Assembly (NCBI GenBank): GCA_963748015.1
Contig: CAVVHE010000009.1
Coordinates: 224,001 to 288,000 of the forward strand
From: Terriglobia bacterium
Lineage (GTDB): Bacteria; Acidobacteriota; Polarisedimenticolia; Polarisedimenticolales; JAIQFR01
Length of the DNA: 64,000 nt
Direction of reading: 5' to 3'
Shown here: positions 10,154-20,102 of the stretch, one piece after another
Numbering within the stretch: the first letter of the stretch is position 1
Layout of the letters: the number at the start of each line of letters is the position of its first letter
The notes under the pieces: model-generated
What the model saw: only the letters and a program-made list of their open reading frames with translations
Databases searched by the model: none
What the model was told of the DNA's origin: nothing
Position numbers and translations under genes: made by a program

Positions 10154-10534
10154 CTACTCCGTGCCGCACACGACGCAGCGGGCCACGCTGAACTTCCAGT
10201 CCACGAGGTCGCTGTCCCGGGCGATGTGATGGCTGGCCCCGTAGGTGACGGGGCCCGTGACCTTTCTCCACCCGCGGCGGGTGGTCGTGATCTCCTCGCC
10301 GTCGAACAGCCGCTCCGTGGCGGTGAAGTCCACGTAGACCTTGGCGCAGGTCTCCTTGGTGTCGAGCTCGACCGTGAAGGCGATGTCCTTGACCTGGTCC
10401 CGGATCTCCTCTCGGGCCAGCCTGGCGCGTACGTCCGCGCGGCACTCCGTCGCCGCCGGGGCGGAAGGAGCCTCTGCCGCCAACCCGGCCGCCACCAGGA
10501 CGAACACGAACGCGTGGCGCGATAGCCTCATCAT
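10154..10534 (-). CDS. Small secreted Cys-containing hypothetical protein
   Basis: Signal peptide, GGAGG SD, four Cys, co-oriented with the next gene. Confidence 0.6.
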   Translation of the reverse strand: MMRLSRHAFVFVLVAAGLAAEAPSAPAATECRADVRARLAREEIRDQVKDIAFTVELDTKETCAKVYVDFTATERLFDGEEITTTRRGWRKVTGPVTYGASHHIARDSDLVDWKFSVARCVVCGTE

Positions 10535-10707
10535 CGCCTCCTACCGTGTCTTGCGTTCCGCTTCGGCCAGAATCTAACTCCTGGAACCGCCGCGGGCAAG
10601 GCCACTTTCGCCCGCCGCCCGCCCTTTTTCGCCGGGAGCTTGCGCCGAAGCCCGGCGGGAACGACATTTTGACCGCGAGCTCGTGCTCGAAACAAGAAGG
10701 GGAATCC

Positions 10708-11232
10708 ATGCGAATCCGCCGCGACATGCGTCTTGAATCCCAGGGCCCGATCGCGATCGCTTCGTTCTGCGCCGCCGTCGTGATCGCCGGCCTCCTCGTC
10801 GCGGCGCCGTGCGGCGCCGCATCCATACCCGCCTGGCTCGACGACGCCATCGCCGGCTGGAACGCGAAGAACCCGGCGCAGCAGTTCCAGTTCTCGGGCA
10901 TCAAGGACTCGTTCGTCTGGTACCGGATCGAGCGCAGTCCCGAGGTCGGACAGAAGCAGATTCGCGACGCCGCCTACCGGCTCCTGCAGGAGCACGGCTA
11001 CATGGTGACCGACGAGGAGGAGCTGGTCACGACCGGCACTCCTCCCGTGGACAGCGGGCGGGCCACCCCCAAGAAGTGCTGGCGGCGGTCGTTCGTCCTG
11101 ACCCTCGACGGCGCCGGCAACAACACGACCGCGATCGCCGGTGAGCGCTCGGGCGTCCAGCAGCGCCTGCTGACGAGCATGGTCTGCGACGACAACCCCA
11201 ACTGGGCCGCGGGGTTCCGCGTCAGCCAGTGA
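10708..11232 (+). CDS. Secreted hypothetical protein
   Basis: AAGGGG SD then ATG; hydrophobic signal; GC3-rich coding pattern. Confidence 0.6.
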   Translation: MRIRRDMRLESQGPIAIASFCAAVVIAGLLVAAPCGAASIPAWLDDAIAGWNAKNPAQQFQFSGIKDSFVWYRIERSPEVGQKQIRDAAYRLLQEHGYMVTDEEELVTTGTPPVDSGRATPKKCWRRSFVLTLDGAGNNTTAIAGERSGVQQRLLTSMVCDDNPNWAAGFRVSQ

Positions 11233-11257
11233 GACGGGAGGGTCTCTCTCTCAGCCG

Positions 11258-12316
11258 TCATTCCGCCCTGGGCGCCTCGGCGGCCCACGCCTCCGCGAGG
11301 GTGTGCGTGACGGCGAGAATGACGGGCCCGACGAAGATGCCGATCAGGCCGAACGCGACCAGGCCTCCGAGCACGCCCGCGAAGACGAGGATCAACGGCA
11401 GATCCGCGCCCTTCTTGATGAGAACGGGACGGAGGAAGTTGTCGATCGTCCCCACGACGAGCGTCCAGATCGCGAGAAAGATCCCCCAGCCGGTGTCTCC
11501 GGTGCTGAACACCCAGATTACGGCCGGCAGGAGCACGAGGAAAGGCCCGACCTGCGCGATGCAGAGGATGAACATCGCGGCGGTGAGAATCGGCACGAAC
11601 GGGACCCCCGCGATCAGGAGGCCGAGCCCCCCGAGAAGCGACTGCGCGAGGGCCGTGACGACGACGCCCAGCGCGACGCCGCGGATCGCCTGGCCGGCGA
11701 GGCGCAGGCTGCTCTCGCCGCGCTCCCCGGCGAGTCGCCGGGCGTACCGGCGGGCCATCGCCGCCGCGGCCTCTCCCTTGGACCAGAGTATCGCCGCGAT
11801 CACGACGGTGAGGAAGAACTGGACCAGCGCCATCCCGACGCCCCCGAGCTTCCCCATGAGCCACTTCGTCGCCTGCCCGGTGTACGGGGCGGCCTTCGTG
11901 AGCAGATCCTGAAGACCCGCCCCGAGGACCTTGTCCCAGGCGCTGGACAGCTTCTCGCCTACGAACGGCAGCCCGGTGATCCAGGCGGGAAGCGGTGGGA
12001 CGTGAAAGTCGGACAGCGACTCCGCGCGGGCGACGATCGCGTCGGCGTTCCCGACGATGGCGCCGATCGACACGACGAACGGCACGAACAGGAGGCCGAG
12101 GAGGACGAGGGAGAGCAGCGTCACGGCCAGCGCGCGCTTTCCCCACAGCAGTTTCTGCAGCCCGAGAAGGAGCGGCCAGGTGGCAGCGACGATCGTCGTC
12201 GCCCACACGAACGCGCCGATGAACGGTCGGAGGATCCAGAACGAGACCACGATCAGGGCGAGGATCGCGAGAACGTTGAGTAGGGTGCGTCCGATCTCCG
12301 CTCGGGGCTCTGCCAT
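11258..12316 (-). CDS. AI-2E family transporter (YdiK-like)
   Basis: MAEPRAEIGRTLL start after AAGGAGG; IDNFLRPVLIKKGADLPLILVFAGVLGGLVAFGLIGIFVGPVIL motif. Confidence 0.88.
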   Translation of the reverse strand: MAEPRAEIGRTLLNVLAILALIVVSFWILRPFIGAFVWATTIVAATWPLLLGLQKLLWGKRALAVTLLSLVLLGLLFVPFVVSIGAIVGNADAIVARAESLSDFHVPPLPAWITGLPFVGEKLSSAWDKVLGAGLQDLLTKAAPYTGQATKWLMGKLGGVGMALVQFFLTVVIAAILWSKGEAAAAMARRYARRLAGERGESSLRLAGQAIRGVALGVVVTALAQSLLGGLGLLIAGVPFVPILTAAMFILCIAQVGPFLVLLPAVIWVFSTGDTGWGIFLAIWTLVVGTIDNFLRPVLIKKGADLPLILVFAGVLGGLVAFGLIGIFVGPVILAVTHTLAEAWAAEAPRAE

Positions 12317-12345
12317 CGTGGAATTCCTCCTTCGCCGGTCACGGC

Positions 12346-14226
12346 CTACGGCCGCAGGGCATCCTCGGACTCGAGCGCCTGCGTCCGGGCGCCCAGCCGG
12401 ATGAGCAGGGCCACGAGCACCCTTTGCGCGTCGCTCATCTCCGCGCGCTTCGCCACCACCTCGCGGGCGAGGGCGGGCTTGTTGGTGATCAGGCCGTCGA
12501 CGCCGAAGCTCATGGCGCGGAGCATCCACGCCGGGTCGTCGACGGTCCACACGTAGACGTCCTGCCCGGCCCGATGGGCCCGCCACACGAACCGGCGGTC
12601 GGCCATCCTCGCCTCGACCGCGAGGAAGTCGGCGCGGAGCGTCGTGATGTCTCCGACGGCCTTGGCCGCGAGAACCCCGACGCGCCAGGCCGGCCGCAGC
12701 CGCTTCATCTTCGCGACCATGTCGTGATCGAGGGACATGAAGATGCAGTCCTTCTCCATTCCCGCCGCCTCGACCAGCGCCACGACCTTCTCCTCGAGGC
12801 TCTGGTCGTGGCCGTACGACTTCAGCTCGACGACGACGCGGGTGCGGCCCTTGCACGCGGCGAAGACCTCGGCGAGCGTCGGGACCCCCTCGCCGGCGTA
12901 CCTCGGATCGACCCGGCTGCCGAGATCCACCGCGCGAAGCTCGGCCGCCGTGGACTCCCAGATCTTCTTCGGGGGGCCTCCCAGCTTCATCAGGTCGCTG
13001 TCGTGGACCACGACGACCACGCCGTCCGAGGATTCCTGGACGTCCAGCTCGACGTAGTCGGTGCCCTGCTCGATCGCGAGACGGAACGCGGCGAGGGTGT
13101 TCTCCGGCGCCTCGATCGACGCGCCGCGGTGGGCGATCACGCTCACCTCCCGGCTGCCGCGCGTGGCGAAGAACAGCAGCAGCGTGAACCCCAGGGCCGC
13201 GAGGACGGCGACGCCGGCGACCACGATCCTGGCGCGCGGGGAGAGCCGGCCAAGCGCGGCAGCGTTCTCCGCTTCCGCGATCGCGGCGGGCAGCCGTGCC
13301 TCGCCCGCGGGAGCGGCGGCGAGGTGGATGCGAACGAGACCGAGCGCGAACAGCGACGCCTGGACGACCGAGACGGCCAGCGTGAGCGCGGTCCACAGGA
13401 GCACGAGGCCCGCCACGAAGGCGATGAGGAGGGGAAGGGATCCGGCGATGCGCGGCGCGACGCCGCGGCCCAAGAGCTCCACGAGCCCGGTGGAGGCCAA
13501 CCCGAGCGCCAGGAAGGCGGCCGCCCACGCCCCCAAGACGATCGCGATGGCCGGCCGGTGACCCGCGACCCTTGCGGCGCTCGCGCCGAGCGCCCGCCGG
13601 GGGCTCACGTTCTCGAACAGGACGAGGGGGAGTGCGAGCGCCCATCGAAGGATCGTCCTCACGACCAGCGCGATGAGCGCGGCCGCGACGATCCCCACGA
13701 GCGCGGCAGCCGCCCAGAAGGCCGGGGGCTTTCTCGCGAGGTAGAAGTTGATGTCGTATCGCCGCAGGAGCGTGAAATAGACGGCGCCGCCCGCAAGGAG
13801 GAACGGAACGAGGCCGGCGAGCACGCGGAGGACCATGTGCCCGACGAGGCGAAGGACCGCCTGGGCGCGCCTGGCCCCGAACGCGAGGGCGCTCCTGGGA
13901 CGGAGCTGGATTCCGCGCGCCGCGGCGAGGCCTATCGCCATCAGGCACGCCATTTCGACCGCGGTGATGGTCGCGAGGAGCGCCGATCCCAGGAGGAGCG
14001 CCAGGACCCCGGCGCGGGTCGTCACGAAGAACCGCGCGATGTCGGCGTCGGCGGCGACCCGGGTGCCCGTCCGGGAGAGCAGCCATTTCAGGAAGAGCGC
14101 GGTCGCCGGCGCGAGCAGCGCGAACGAGATCGCCTTGTACGCGAGGTCCGTCGCCGCGAGACTCCTCCACGATCGGGAGAAGTCGCGCAGGGCTCCCGCC
14201 AGGATGTCACGCGCCTGTCGCCACAT
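12346..14226 (-). CDS. Glycerophosphodiester phosphodiesterase with N-terminal membrane domain
   Basis: IAHRGAS..APENTLAAF, ELDVQ, VVVHD, VELK, VWTVD, GVDGLITN; multi-TM N-terminal half. Confidence 0.88.
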   Translation of the reverse strand: MWRQARDILAGALRDFSRSWRSLAATDLAYKAISFALLAPATALFLKWLLSRTGTRVAADADIARFFVTTRAGVLALLLGSALLATITAVEMACLMAIGLAAARGIQLRPRSALAFGARRAQAVLRLVGHMVLRVLAGLVPFLLAGGAVYFTLLRRYDINFYLARKPPAFWAAAALVGIVAAALIALVVRTILRWALALPLVLFENVSPRRALGASAARVAGHRPAIAIVLGAWAAAFLALGLASTGLVELLGRGVAPRIAGSLPLLIAFVAGLVLLWTALTLAVSVVQASLFALGLVRIHLAAAPAGEARLPAAIAEAENAAALGRLSPRARIVVAGVAVLAALGFTLLLFFATRGSREVSVIAHRGASIEAPENTLAAFRLAIEQGTDYVELDVQESSDGVVVVVHDSDLMKLGGPPKKIWESTAAELRAVDLGSRVDPRYAGEGVPTLAEVFAACKGRTRVVVELKSYGHDQSLEEKVVALVEAAGMEKDCIFMSLDHDMVAKMKRLRPAWRVGVLAAKAVGDITTLRADFLAVEARMADRRFVWRAHRAGQDVYVWTVDDPAWMLRAMSFGVDGLITNKPALAREVVAKRAEMSDAQRVLVALLIRLGARTQALESEDALRP

Positions 14227-14397
14227 GAGTTTCCCCCGGGCCCAGCCGGTCGCCCGTGCGATCGAACCACGATCGCGGGCACTGCGGCGCGCCGAGCATA
14301 TCCCAGGCGGCCCCGATTGTGGGAGTGGAGAGCTTGAGACCGTGTCGCGGGGCGTTCGCGGCGGCGTTCCGCGTATAATCGCCGAGGAGGGTCCCTC

Positions 14398-15009
14398 ATG
14401 AGACGTATCGCCGTCCTGGCGCTCGCATCGCTCCTCGCTCTGCCCGCGCTCGCCCAGACGCCGCCGCCCTCGCCGACGCAACCGCCGGCGCCCACGACAC
14501 CGCAGACGCCTCCGCCGGCCCAGCAGGCCGTGGTCCAGCCCGCTCCCGCGCCGAAGCCCAGCAAGTGGTTCTTCGGGGGCGGCATCGGCGCATCGTTCGG
14601 CGACGTCGAGTACGTCGAGATCGCGCCGATGGTCGGCTACCGCGTCCACCCGAGGCTCACGACGGGCGTGGGGGCGTTCTGGCGCTACCGCGACGACGGC
14701 CGCTATTCGCCGAGCATCACCACCAACGATTACGGCGGGAGCGTCTTCGCGCAGGCGTATGTCACCAAGCCGATCTTCGTTCAGGCCGAATACGAGTACA
14801 CCAACTACGAGTACCCCACGACCGACGGCGGGACCAACCGGGACTCCTACTCGGCATTCCTGCTGGGCGTCGGCTTCTTCAAGCCGCTCGGCGGCAACGT
14901 CGGGTTCTACGCGTCGGCGCTCTACAACCTGTCGTACGACTCGAACGATCTCTCGAGCCCCTACAACGACCCCTGGGTCTACCGCATCGGCGTCTCCGTG
15001 GGGTTCTGA
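14398..15009 (+). CDS. Outer-membrane beta-barrel protein with Pro-rich linker
   Basis: TATAAT and GAGGAGG upstream; signal peptide; alternating aromatic strands; C-terminal IGVSVGF. Confidence 0.72.
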   Translation: MRRIAVLALASLLALPALAQTPPPSPTQPPAPTTPQTPPPAQQAVVQPAPAPKPSKWFFGGGIGASFGDVEYVEIAPMVGYRVHPRLTTGVGAFWRYRDDGRYSPSITTNDYGGSVFAQAYVTKPIFVQAEYEYTNYEYPTTDGGTNRDSYSAFLLGVGFFKPLGGNVGFYASALYNLSYDSNDLSSPYNDPWVYRIGVSVGF

Positions 15010-15242
15010 CCGGGCCCGCGGCGGCTCGATCGCGGGCGGGTCGAGCCGCGACTGGCGGCGCCGCGACGCTCGTCAGGCCGCCAAGATCTCGCGTGTTTCA
15101 TCCAAAATTCCGGATCAGTCCGCCGATTTGAAGCGGTTTCGTCGATCCGCGCCCGTCCGGTGGGAAATCGCCCTCCCCTGCGACGAGTTTAACAGCTTTA
15201 CAATCATACAGTTAGCCAGTCTACCCTCTTACGGCCCGCGGC

Positions 15243-15257
15243 GGGCATACGCCTTGC
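15243..15257 (+). promoter_or_regulatory. Possible sigma-54 (-24/-12) promoter in the AT-rich intergenic region upstream of the OmpW-like gene
   Basis: GGGCATACGCCTTGC has GG-N10-GC spacing and resembles TGGCAC-N5-TTGC. Confidence 0.3.
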
Positions 15258-15387
15258 GGTTGTTCTTGGATGCGCTACAGTGCGCATGACGTTAGTTAGT
15301 CTATAGAGGTCATAGGAGAAAGGCGGGAGACGGGGCTAACAACGTGGCGTTCCCGCCCGGACATTTTCCACTCAAGGGAGGATATCG

Positions 15388-16002
15388 ATGAGAACGGCAA
15401 AGGTACTGGCTCTGATCGCGGTGGTGGCGCTCGCGATTCCGATGGCGAACGCGGCGGACTCGAAGAACAGCATCGGCGTGTTCGTGAACTACCTCATTCC
15501 GTCCGGAGACTACAGCGGGACGATCGAGGAAGGCGTGACCCAGACGCTCGAGGCCGACTCGGCGATGGGCTATGGCCTCAGCTACCGCTACATGTTCCAC
15601 CCGAAGTGGGACTTCGGCGCCAGCATCATGTTCGCAGAGCACGACATCACCGGATCGGTCACCGGCGAGGGCTCGGAGACGATCGGCAGCATCTCCTGGA
15701 TGCCGATTCTGCTCGACGCCAACTGGCACCTCGGCAAGCGGGGCCTGTTCTATGTCGGACCGACACTCGGCTACGCGATGTGGGACAGCATCGACGTCAA
15801 CGGCGGCGACTCGGTCAGCATCAAGGACTCGTTCGTCTACGGGCTCAACCTCGGTTTCGACTTCCCGTTGGGCGACAACTGGGCGATCAACGCGAATGCC
15901 CGTTACCTCATGGTCGGCGCGGAGACCGACGAGGGCAGCGACAACATCACGGTCGACGTGAATCCGTGGATCGTGGGCGTCGGCGTCAGCTACAAGTTCT
16001 GA
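15388..16002 (+). CDS. OmpW-like 8-stranded outer-membrane beta-barrel (copy 1)
   Basis: Signal peptide; MPILLDANWH, FYVGPTLGY, VDVNPWIVGVGVSYKF. Confidence 0.82.
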   Translation: MRTAKVLALIAVVALAIPMANAADSKNSIGVFVNYLIPSGDYSGTIEEGVTQTLEADSAMGYGLSYRYMFHPKWDFGASIMFAEHDITGSVTGEGSETIGSISWMPILLDANWHLGKRGLFYVGPTLGYAMWDSIDVNGGDSVSIKDSFVYGLNLGFDFPLGDNWAINANARYLMVGAETDEGSDNITVDVNPWIVGVGVSYKF

Positions 16003-16040
16003 TCTCGAATCGCCGCCGCACGACGGCGGCGGATAGTAAG

Positions 16041-16083
16041 GACGGCCCTGCGCGCCAACCAGGCGCGCAGGGCCGTCTTGTTT
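16041..16083 (+). terminator. Intrinsic terminator
   Basis: 16-bp stem GACGGCCCTGCGCGCC/GGCGCGCAGGGCCGTC, loop AACCA, then TTGTTT. Confidence 0.8.
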
Positions 16084-16316
16084 CCGGAGGAAGGCGCGCC
16101 GGGCGGTGAATGGTTGCCCCCCCTTCGGTCAAGGCGCCATCTGCTCTAGGATGGTCGCGCGAAAGACCAGCCGGCTCGAGGGGCGCGTGCACGAGGCCGC
16201 GGCGACAACCCCGGGAAATGACACCCTGTCCCTCGGGTTCTTTACGAGACGATGGCACGGCCGCTGACGGACAGGAGGTTGCCCACGCGGACGGTTCCAA
16301 TTCAAGGGGGGAATCC

Positions 16317-16934
16317 ATGAGAAGAACGACGATCCTGGTGCTCATCGTGGTGGCGGCTCTCGCGATCCCGCCGGCGAACGCGGCGGACAAGAAGAACAGC
16401 ATCGGCGTGTTCGTGAACTACCTCTGGCCGACGGGGGACTACACCGAGACCGTGGAAGGCGACACCCTCACGCTCGAGGCGGACGCGGCGATGGGGTATG
16501 GCCTCGCCTACCGGCACATGCTCAACCCGAAGTGGGACTTTGGCGCGAGCTTCTTCTTCGCCGACCACGACGTCAACGGGACGGTCACCGGCGCGGGGAC
16601 GGCGAAGGTCGCCACGGTCTCCTGGATGCCGATCCTGCTCGACGCCAACTGGCACTTCGGCAAGAAAGGGCTGTTCTACGTCGGGCCCACGATCGGCTAC
16701 GCGATGTGGGACGAGCTCGAGTGGGTCGTTCCGGAGGTTCCCTCGATCAGCCTCAAGGACCAGTTCATCTACGGGCTCAACTTCGGAATCGACGTGCCGT
16801 TCGGAAAGGGCTGGGCTTTCAACGGGAACGCCCGCTACCTGGCGGTCGGCGCGGAGACCGACACGGGCGAGGGCGACATCACGGTCGACGTGAATCCGTG
16901 GCTCGTCGGCGTGGGTGTCAGCTACAAGTTCTGA
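16317..16934 (+). CDS. OmpW-like beta-barrel (copy 2, tandem paralog)
   Basis: Clear paralog of 15388..16002 (KNSIGVFVNYL, SWMPILLDANWH, VDVNPWLVGVGVSYKF). Confidence 0.82.
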   Translation: MRRTTILVLIVVAALAIPPANAADKKNSIGVFVNYLWPTGDYTETVEGDTLTLEADAAMGYGLAYRHMLNPKWDFGASFFFADHDVNGTVTGAGTAKVATVSWMPILLDANWHFGKKGLFYVGPTIGYAMWDELEWVVPEVPSISLKDQFIYGLNFGIDVPFGKGWAFNGNARYLAVGAETDTGEGDITVDVNPWLVGVGVSYKF

Positions 16935-16970
16935 TCGCGAATCGCCGCGCACGACGGCGGCAGAAATTCG

Positions 16971-17014
16971 AGACGGCCCTGCGCGCGATCCGCGCGCGCA
17001 GGGTCGTCTTGTTT
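16971..17014 (+). terminator. Intrinsic terminator (paralogous to 16041..16083)
   Basis: Stem AGACGGCCCTGCGCGCG/CGCGCGCAGGGTCGTCT followed by TGTTT. Confidence 0.78.
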
Positions 17015-17108
17015 CTGGACCGGAGAAAGCGCGATCCAAGAAAGGCGGCCGCCCTGGGATTTCGGTTCCAGGCCCTTTTTGCCCTAGGATACCCGCGCGG
17101 AAGCCGCC

Positions 17109-18020
17109 ATGAGAGCCACCGACGGGAAGACGGGAGCATCGCCCCGGGCCTTTTCCAACGACTGGCGACAATCGTCGCGTGTTCTTCTGCTTGCCTTGCT
17201 GGCGGCTGTTCTGGCGCCGATGGTGGGATGCGCGTCCGCCCGACCCTACAAGACGCATCCGGAGCTGCCGCGGAGAAAGAGCGGCATCGCGGCGGTCGGC
17301 GTCCTGCCGCCCGCGATCAGGATGTTCGAGGAACAGGCGAAGTTCGGCTTGAACGAGGCCGTTCCGCACGACGACTGGTCCTCTGCCGCCGACCAGGCGG
17401 TCGCGAGGGCATTCGCCGAGGAGATGGCCGCCGACCGGGTTCCTCTCGTGCCGATCGGTGCGGACGACCTCGAGGCGAAGGAGCTCGTCGAGCTCTACAA
17501 CGCCGTGGAGTTCAGCCTCCTGAGGCATGCGTTCGAGAAGAACACCGGAGAGATGCTCCCGCGGGAGCCCTTCCCCGAGCAAGTTCGGATTCTGGACTAC
17601 TCCGTGGGGCCCGCGGCGGAGTTCATGGATCGGCATCACATCGACGCCCTCTGGATCGTGCGGGGATTCAACCTGCTTCCCACGACGGGCGCGAGGGTGA
17701 TGCACGGAGTCGACGTCGCGCTCAGCGTCTTGTCGGCGTTGGGCGGGGTCGCCGTGCCGGTCATCGACCTGCAGAAGATCCAGCTCAGGGTGGCGCTGAT
17801 CGACAGGAGCGGCACCGTTCTCTACTACGGCGTGGCCGACGACAGGACGGCACGGCCGCCCGCGGGGCCTCCCGCCGAGCCCGTTTCGAGGAGCGGCGAT
17901 TCCGTTTCCGACTCCGCGGGGGAGCCGAGCTTCCCCGACGTCGACCTCCGCGATCCCCGGGCCGCCCGGCACTACCTGCAGGCGGCGCTCTCGGGCTACC
18001 GGGCGAAGGGGGCGCCATGA
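17109..18020 (+). CDS. Putative lipoprotein
   Basis: Hydrophobic segment ending MVGC (lipobox-like); ATGA overlap with the next gene. Start uncertain. Confidence 0.65.
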   Translation: MRATDGKTGASPRAFSNDWRQSSRVLLLALLAAVLAPMVGCASARPYKTHPELPRRKSGIAAVGVLPPAIRMFEEQAKFGLNEAVPHDDWSSAADQAVARAFAEEMAADRVPLVPIGADDLEAKELVELYNAVEFSLLRHAFEKNTGEMLPREPFPEQVRILDYSVGPAAEFMDRHHIDALWIVRGFNLLPTTGARVMHGVDVALSVLSALGGVAVPVIDLQKIQLRVALIDRSGTVLYYGVADDRTARPPAGPPAEPVSRSGDSVSDSAGEPSFPDVDLRDPRAARHYLQAALSGYRAKGAP

Positions 18021-18712
18021 AGAGCCCGGCGATCCTCCTCTGCGGCATCCTGCTCCTGGCCGGCACGGTGGCGTGCGCGCCCACCTGGAAGAGCGCGGGC
18101 GGAGCGGCGACGCTGTCGCCGGCCTACTTCCACCCGAAGGGGGAGACGGAAGGCGCGGCGACCGCGCCGGAATCCCGCGGGGTCTCCTTCACCGTCCCCG
18201 AAGGCTGGCACTGGTATCCCCTGGGCGACGACTTCATCGCGACCCGGGACGGCGTCTTCCTGCAGCAGATCCTCGTCGAGCGCCTTCACATCGACCAGGT
18301 CGAGCAGAAATTCGGCGGGGCCTTTTCGCTTGCCGTGTGGTCATCGCGGGCGTGGCCCGTGCACACGGCGAAGAGCCTGACGAAGCGCTTCGTTGCGGGA
18401 ATGCCCCCCGCCGACGCGGCGGAGGTCCTGCTCGGAAGCCGCGCGAACGATCCGAGCGTCGCCGGCCTCGAGGCGCGGAAGATCGTCACCCGGACGATCG
18501 CGGGGCAGCAGGCGTTCCGGGCGCTGTTCGATTTCCGGCTGAAGGGCTCCGTGGTCGATCCGTCGCCGCTCTACCGGTCGGCGTACTGCGGCTTCGTCGT
18601 CGGCGACTGGTTCTACGGAATCAGCTACACCGCGACGGCGCGGTACTACTTCGACCGGGACGCCGGCGCCTTCGAGACGTTCCTCGAGAGCGTCCGGCTC
18701 GTGGACCAGTGA
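18017..18712 (+). CDS. Putative lipoprotein
   Basis: MKSPAILLCGILLLAGTVAC lipobox; translationally coupled to the upstream gene. Confidence 0.68.
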   Translation: MKSPAILLCGILLLAGTVACAPTWKSAGGAATLSPAYFHPKGETEGAATAPESRGVSFTVPEGWHWYPLGDDFIATRDGVFLQQILVERLHIDQVEQKFGGAFSLAVWSSRAWPVHTAKSLTKRFVAGMPPADAAEVLLGSRANDPSVAGLEARKIVTRTIAGQQAFRALFDFRLKGSVVDPSPLYRSAYCGFVVGDWFYGISYTATARYYFDRDAGAFETFLESVRLVDQ

Positions 18713-18734
18713 CCCGCGGAGGGAGCGGCCTCCC

Positions 18735-20062
18735 ATGAGGACGAGCTGCGATTCCTCGAGATCGTCGGCAGACTCCGGCACTCGCGGTGGCCTGTCTGCT
18801 CGCCGCGTTCGCCACGGGAACGACCGGGGACGCGGCCGCTTCGTCGACGAGCACGCCGGCGGCGGGACGGCAGCCGGCGCCGCCCGTGCGGAAGGCAGGC
18901 CTGCTGCCGCCGGCCCTCGTGCTTTTCGAGGATCGGAACGGTGCGGGGATCGGGCCGATGCCGGACGCGGCGGGGTCTTCGGTCGCGGCCGAGGCGGTGA
19001 GCGCGGCATTCATCGCCGAAATGGCGGCAAGGAAGTCGAGCTGACCGTCATCGGACAAGGACGAGATCGGGCCCGTCGACCTGTCCCGGCTGTACGCCGT
19101 TCCCGGCCGCCTGGCGAGCGGTGGTACGCGAGCCGTTCCCTGAAGCCGCGCTGGTGGTGGCGTATCCGCCGGGAGCGGTCGAAAAGGCCATGGATCGGCA
19201 CCGGCTCGACTCGCTGTGGGTCATCTCGGGGGTCGCCGTCCTCTCCAAAGAGAGCGCGGGAACAGCCGGATCGGCGGGGTCGGCCACAGAGACGCGGGCG
19301 CCAGGGACGCGGCTGCTTCTCAGGGCTGCGCTCGCCGACAGGGAAGGGAAGATCCTGTTCTCGGATGTCGTCGATGAAGGCCCCGTCGCGCGAGGCCAGC
19401 CCGCGCCGGGAGCGCCCGCGGCGACAGTCCCCGCGCAGGCCGATCTTCGTGATCCCCAGGTCGCCCGCCGGCAGGTCAAGGCGCTGCTCGCGGAGTATCG
19501 GACGGAAGAGGACAAGCGCGAGGCGGAACAGGCTGCCGCACGCGCGCAGGAAACCAGGGCGGCGTTGCCGAGGTCGCCCCATCGGGCCGAATTCCGGCTG
19601 GGTCTCGGCGTGTTCTTCTTCGCTCCCGAAGGAGTGGACCTGCACGCCGGCTTCCTACCGAAGAACAGCCGCCTGCAGTACGGCTACCGGTACGTCCGCT
19701 GGACGGATACCTTCGATGACCCGTTCACCGGCAACGAGCTGACGAAGACGACCGAGACCCTGCAGGGCCCGCAGGTAAACTACCTGTTCCGGCCCGAGAA
19801 GCGCGGCACGTGGTACGTGGGCGCCTCGGTGCTGCAGTGGTCGAAAACCGAGGCCGCGATGATGAATGGCGTGAGCGATTCGGACTCCGTCATCGCGCCT
19901 TTCTTCGGCGGCGGCTACACGCGGCGCCTCGGCAAGCACGTCTACTTCAACACGGCGATGTTCCTAGGCCCCGGGGCCCAGCTCGAGACGAACACGGGCG
20001 TCAGCTCCGAGGAGTCCTCTGGGGGGTTCGACATCCAGATCCAGCTCGGAGCGTTGTTTTAG
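18735..20062 (+). pseudogene. Frameshifted gene: domain paralogous to the 17109 lipoprotein fused to a C-terminal beta-barrel
   Basis: Segments homologous to the 17109 protein (GLLPPALVLFE, AFIAEMAA, DLSRLYA, REPFPE...MDRHRLDSLWV, LRAALADREG, ADLRDP) lie in different frames. C-terminus ends IQIQLGALF. Confidence 0.55.
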
Positions 20063-20102
20063 CAGAGGTCTTGGAAACGACTGGGAGGACTACAATCCGG
20101 CG

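Noticed and set aside
11258..14170. 970-aa ORF suggesting a large AI-2E fusion (similar cases at 27405, 16532, 54071, 55871)
   Set aside because: The N-terminal extensions are off-frame overlaps of neighbouring genes; the real starts lie downstream, mostly with SD motifs or stop/start coupling.
19042..19044. In-frame TGA as a second possible Sec codon
   Set aside because: Not in a Cys/redox context, and homology to the 17109 protein is better explained by frameshifts.
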